Shown: in pieces, positions 61,995-64,000 of the stretch
Layout of the letters: the number at the start of each line of letters is the position of its first letter
Numbering within the stretch: the stretch's first letter is position 1
DNA from: the human T2T-CHM13v2.0 reference genome, Homo sapiens
Length of the DNA stretch: 64,000 nt
Reading direction: 5' to 3' (one strand)
Assembly (NCBI RefSeq): GCF_009914755.1
Contig: NC_060927.1
Notes under the pieces: model-generated
What the model was told of the DNA's origin: nothing
The model's input: the letters and a program-made list of their open reading frames with translations, nothing else
The model's database searches: none
Translations under genes and position numbers: made by a program

Positions 61995-62500
61995 ATAGGA
62001 CATTTAGTGTGTGCTGGGCAGTAGGGCAGAGGAGGGATAAAGGATGAGTCACACAAGCCCTATGGGGGCTCACAGTCCAAGGAAGGAGAGAACATCCACC
62101 TGCAGATAAGTGCACAATGCTAGGTGCCTGAAAAGAGGCACAGAGGGGGCTCTAGAAATTGCAGGTGGGAATTCAGAGTCCTGTCCAGCTCAGTGGTGTT
62201 GGGAGAGAGGGAAGGGGATGGGAATGGGATGTTAGAAAAGATGTCTGGGAGAAGGTGGCTTTGAATTGGATCAAGTAGGATATACAGGATTTGGTCAGGC
62301 AAAGATGTGGAATAATCTAGAGAACAGTGAGCAGGAAGATGAAAAAGGCAGGCAGATACATGAGACTGTGAAGAGGTCAGTTTGGCAGATGCAAAGTACA
62401 CAGGGTGTGGTTGGGGTTAGAGAGAGTTGACGCTGGGGAGACAGGTGGTTCCCATTATGAACAGACTTGAGTGTCATTTTATGGACTTTAGATTTGGGAG
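61995..62500 (-). mobile_element. L2 fragment
   Basis: GTGTGCTGGGCA, GCTCACAGTC, GAAGGTGGCTTTGAATTGG motifs. Confidence 0.5.
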
Positions 62501-62541
62501 ATGCCTATTGTCTGTCTCACTAGATCTAGTCTCCACTCCAC

Positions 62542-63020
62542 AGTGGTAGACTGTTTGCAAACCCATCCTTAGTTATTCCCCTCCTGGACCCATGCCCCCT
62601 TGTGCTGTAACTTTGACTGCTCTCCCACTCTGATTCTGAGCTCTGACATGTAACTTGCTTGGTCAATGGGATGTCAGCAGTTGTCTCTGCATAAGCAGAG
62701 ACTTGAAAAATGATTGCGCACTGGTGTTTGTCCTCTCTTGCTGCTCCTGGAATCCTGCTGCCACATGAATGAGCATGCTGAAGGCTAAGAGGCTATGTGG
62801 ATGGAGAAGCACTGAAGCTCCCCGTCTGGCACTCAGCCGACCATAGATGCCTGAGTGAGTGCTAGCAGAGGTCAGTGGGGCCTGGCCCAGAGCAGAGGAA
62901 CTGCCCAGCTGAGCTCAGCCCAAATTGCCAAGCTGCAGAATTGTGAGCTAAAAAATGGTTGTTGTTTTAACATTCTAAATGTTGGGGTCGTTTATTATGC
63001 AGCAAAAACCAACTGCCATA
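62542..63020 (+). mobile_element. MLT1-type LTR
   Basis: CATGTAACTTGCTTGGTCAATGGGATG; TTGTTTTAACATTCTAAATGTTGGGGTCGTTTATTATGCAGCA. Confidence 0.7.
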
Positions 63021-63124
63021 GGTATAATCCCAGATTCAAAGGATCCAGGTTTAGAGGTCCTGGGATATGGTGGAACATATTTTGCATGTGGGAGGAATGT
63101 GAGCAACTGTGGCTGCAGCACAGA

Positions 63125-63965
63125 CTATAGGTTGAAAACTAGCCACTAGCCGCATATTATTCCCCTCCTCTCAAGTGATAGAATCTATTTTTCTTTTTCT
63201 TTTTTTTTTCTTTCCTTTTTTTTTTTTTATTTGAGATGGAGTCATGCTCTATTGCCCAGGCTGGAGTGCAGTGGTGTGATCTCAGCTCACTACAACCTCT
63301 GCCTCCTGGGTTCAAGTGATTCTCCTGCCTTAGCCTCCTGAATAGCTGGGATCACAGGCATCTGCCACCATGCCCAGCTACTTTTTGTATTTGTAGTAGA
63401 GATGGGGTTTCACCATGTTGGCCAGGCTGGTCTTGAACTCCTGACCTCAGGTGATTGCCCCATCTCAGCCTCCCAAAGTGCTGGGATTACAAGCATGAGC
63501 CACCATGTCCAGCCAGAATCTGTGTTTCTAACCCTTGATTTGGTGATGACCATGTGACTTATTTCATCCAAGTGGACAGAAGCAAGTGTGATGTAGGCAG
63601 AAGTATGAAAAGTGGTTGTACTTTGGGGCTTGCCTGCTTGCTATTCTTGAAACTGTTTGGCTGCTTTGTAAACAAGTCCAGACTAGCACTCTGGAGAGTG
63701 AGAGATCCATGTCAAGAGAGGCCCCTATCTTTCTAACCATCTCCAATAAAGCCATTCTAAAGTGACTGGTCCTAGATAACTCGCCAATCAACTGCAGACA
63801 CATGAGTGAGCCCAGCTGGGATAGCCAAGATCAGCCTACAGCAGACGAGAAGAACTGTCCAGTTGAGCCCAGCTTTAATTGCTGAATTGCTAGACTGAAA
63901 AACCAAGGGCTAAATCAATGGTTATTGTCTTAAGGCACTACATTTTGGAGTGGTTTGTAAAAGAA
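63125..63965 (+). mobile_element. MLT1-type LTR interrupted by an Alu
   Basis: CATGTGACTTATTTC; GACACATGAGTGAGCCCAGC; TTAAGGCACTACATTTTGGAGTGGTTTGT. Confidence 0.65.
63188..63514 (-). mobile_element. Alu (AluSx-like)
   Basis: Full reverse Alu; AGAATCT flanks. Confidence 0.93.
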
Positions 63966-64000
63966 CCCATGCTTCCTGCTCTGTAGCCAGGAGGCTGTCC

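Overview
Primate (Alu-rich, AluY present, so probably catarrhine/human-like) intergenic or intronic DNA. I find no intact protein-coding gene; most ORF-track entries are Alu or low-complexity artefacts. Main features: (1) a full-length, disabled FAM151A processed pseudogene (44047-46104) with TSDs and an in-frame 111-nt intron-like insert; (2) a ~1 kb ERV1 (LTR9/HUERS-P3-like) element with RNA-form structure R-U5-PBS(Pro)-short internal-PPT-U3-R-polyA and ~15-bp TSDs, i.e. a spliced or deleted ERV transcript apparently retrotransposed by L1 (18925-19917, minus); (3) a 1.5 kb strand-asymmetric, triplet-periodic tract reading as a decayed Glu/Ala/Lys-rich protein on the minus strand, with a 26-bp VNTR inside it (24785-26280); (4) a probable ~2 kb inversion inside an old L1, with three consecutive fold-back hairpins at its right junction (23808-23887); (5) a 190-bp dispersed duplication and a 55/59-bp higher-order minisatellite. 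The rest is ordinary Alu, L1, L2, MIR, MaLR, Tigger, Charlie and MER5 sequence. Repeat subfamily names and the parent-protein comparison come from memory, and most repeat boundaries are approximate.
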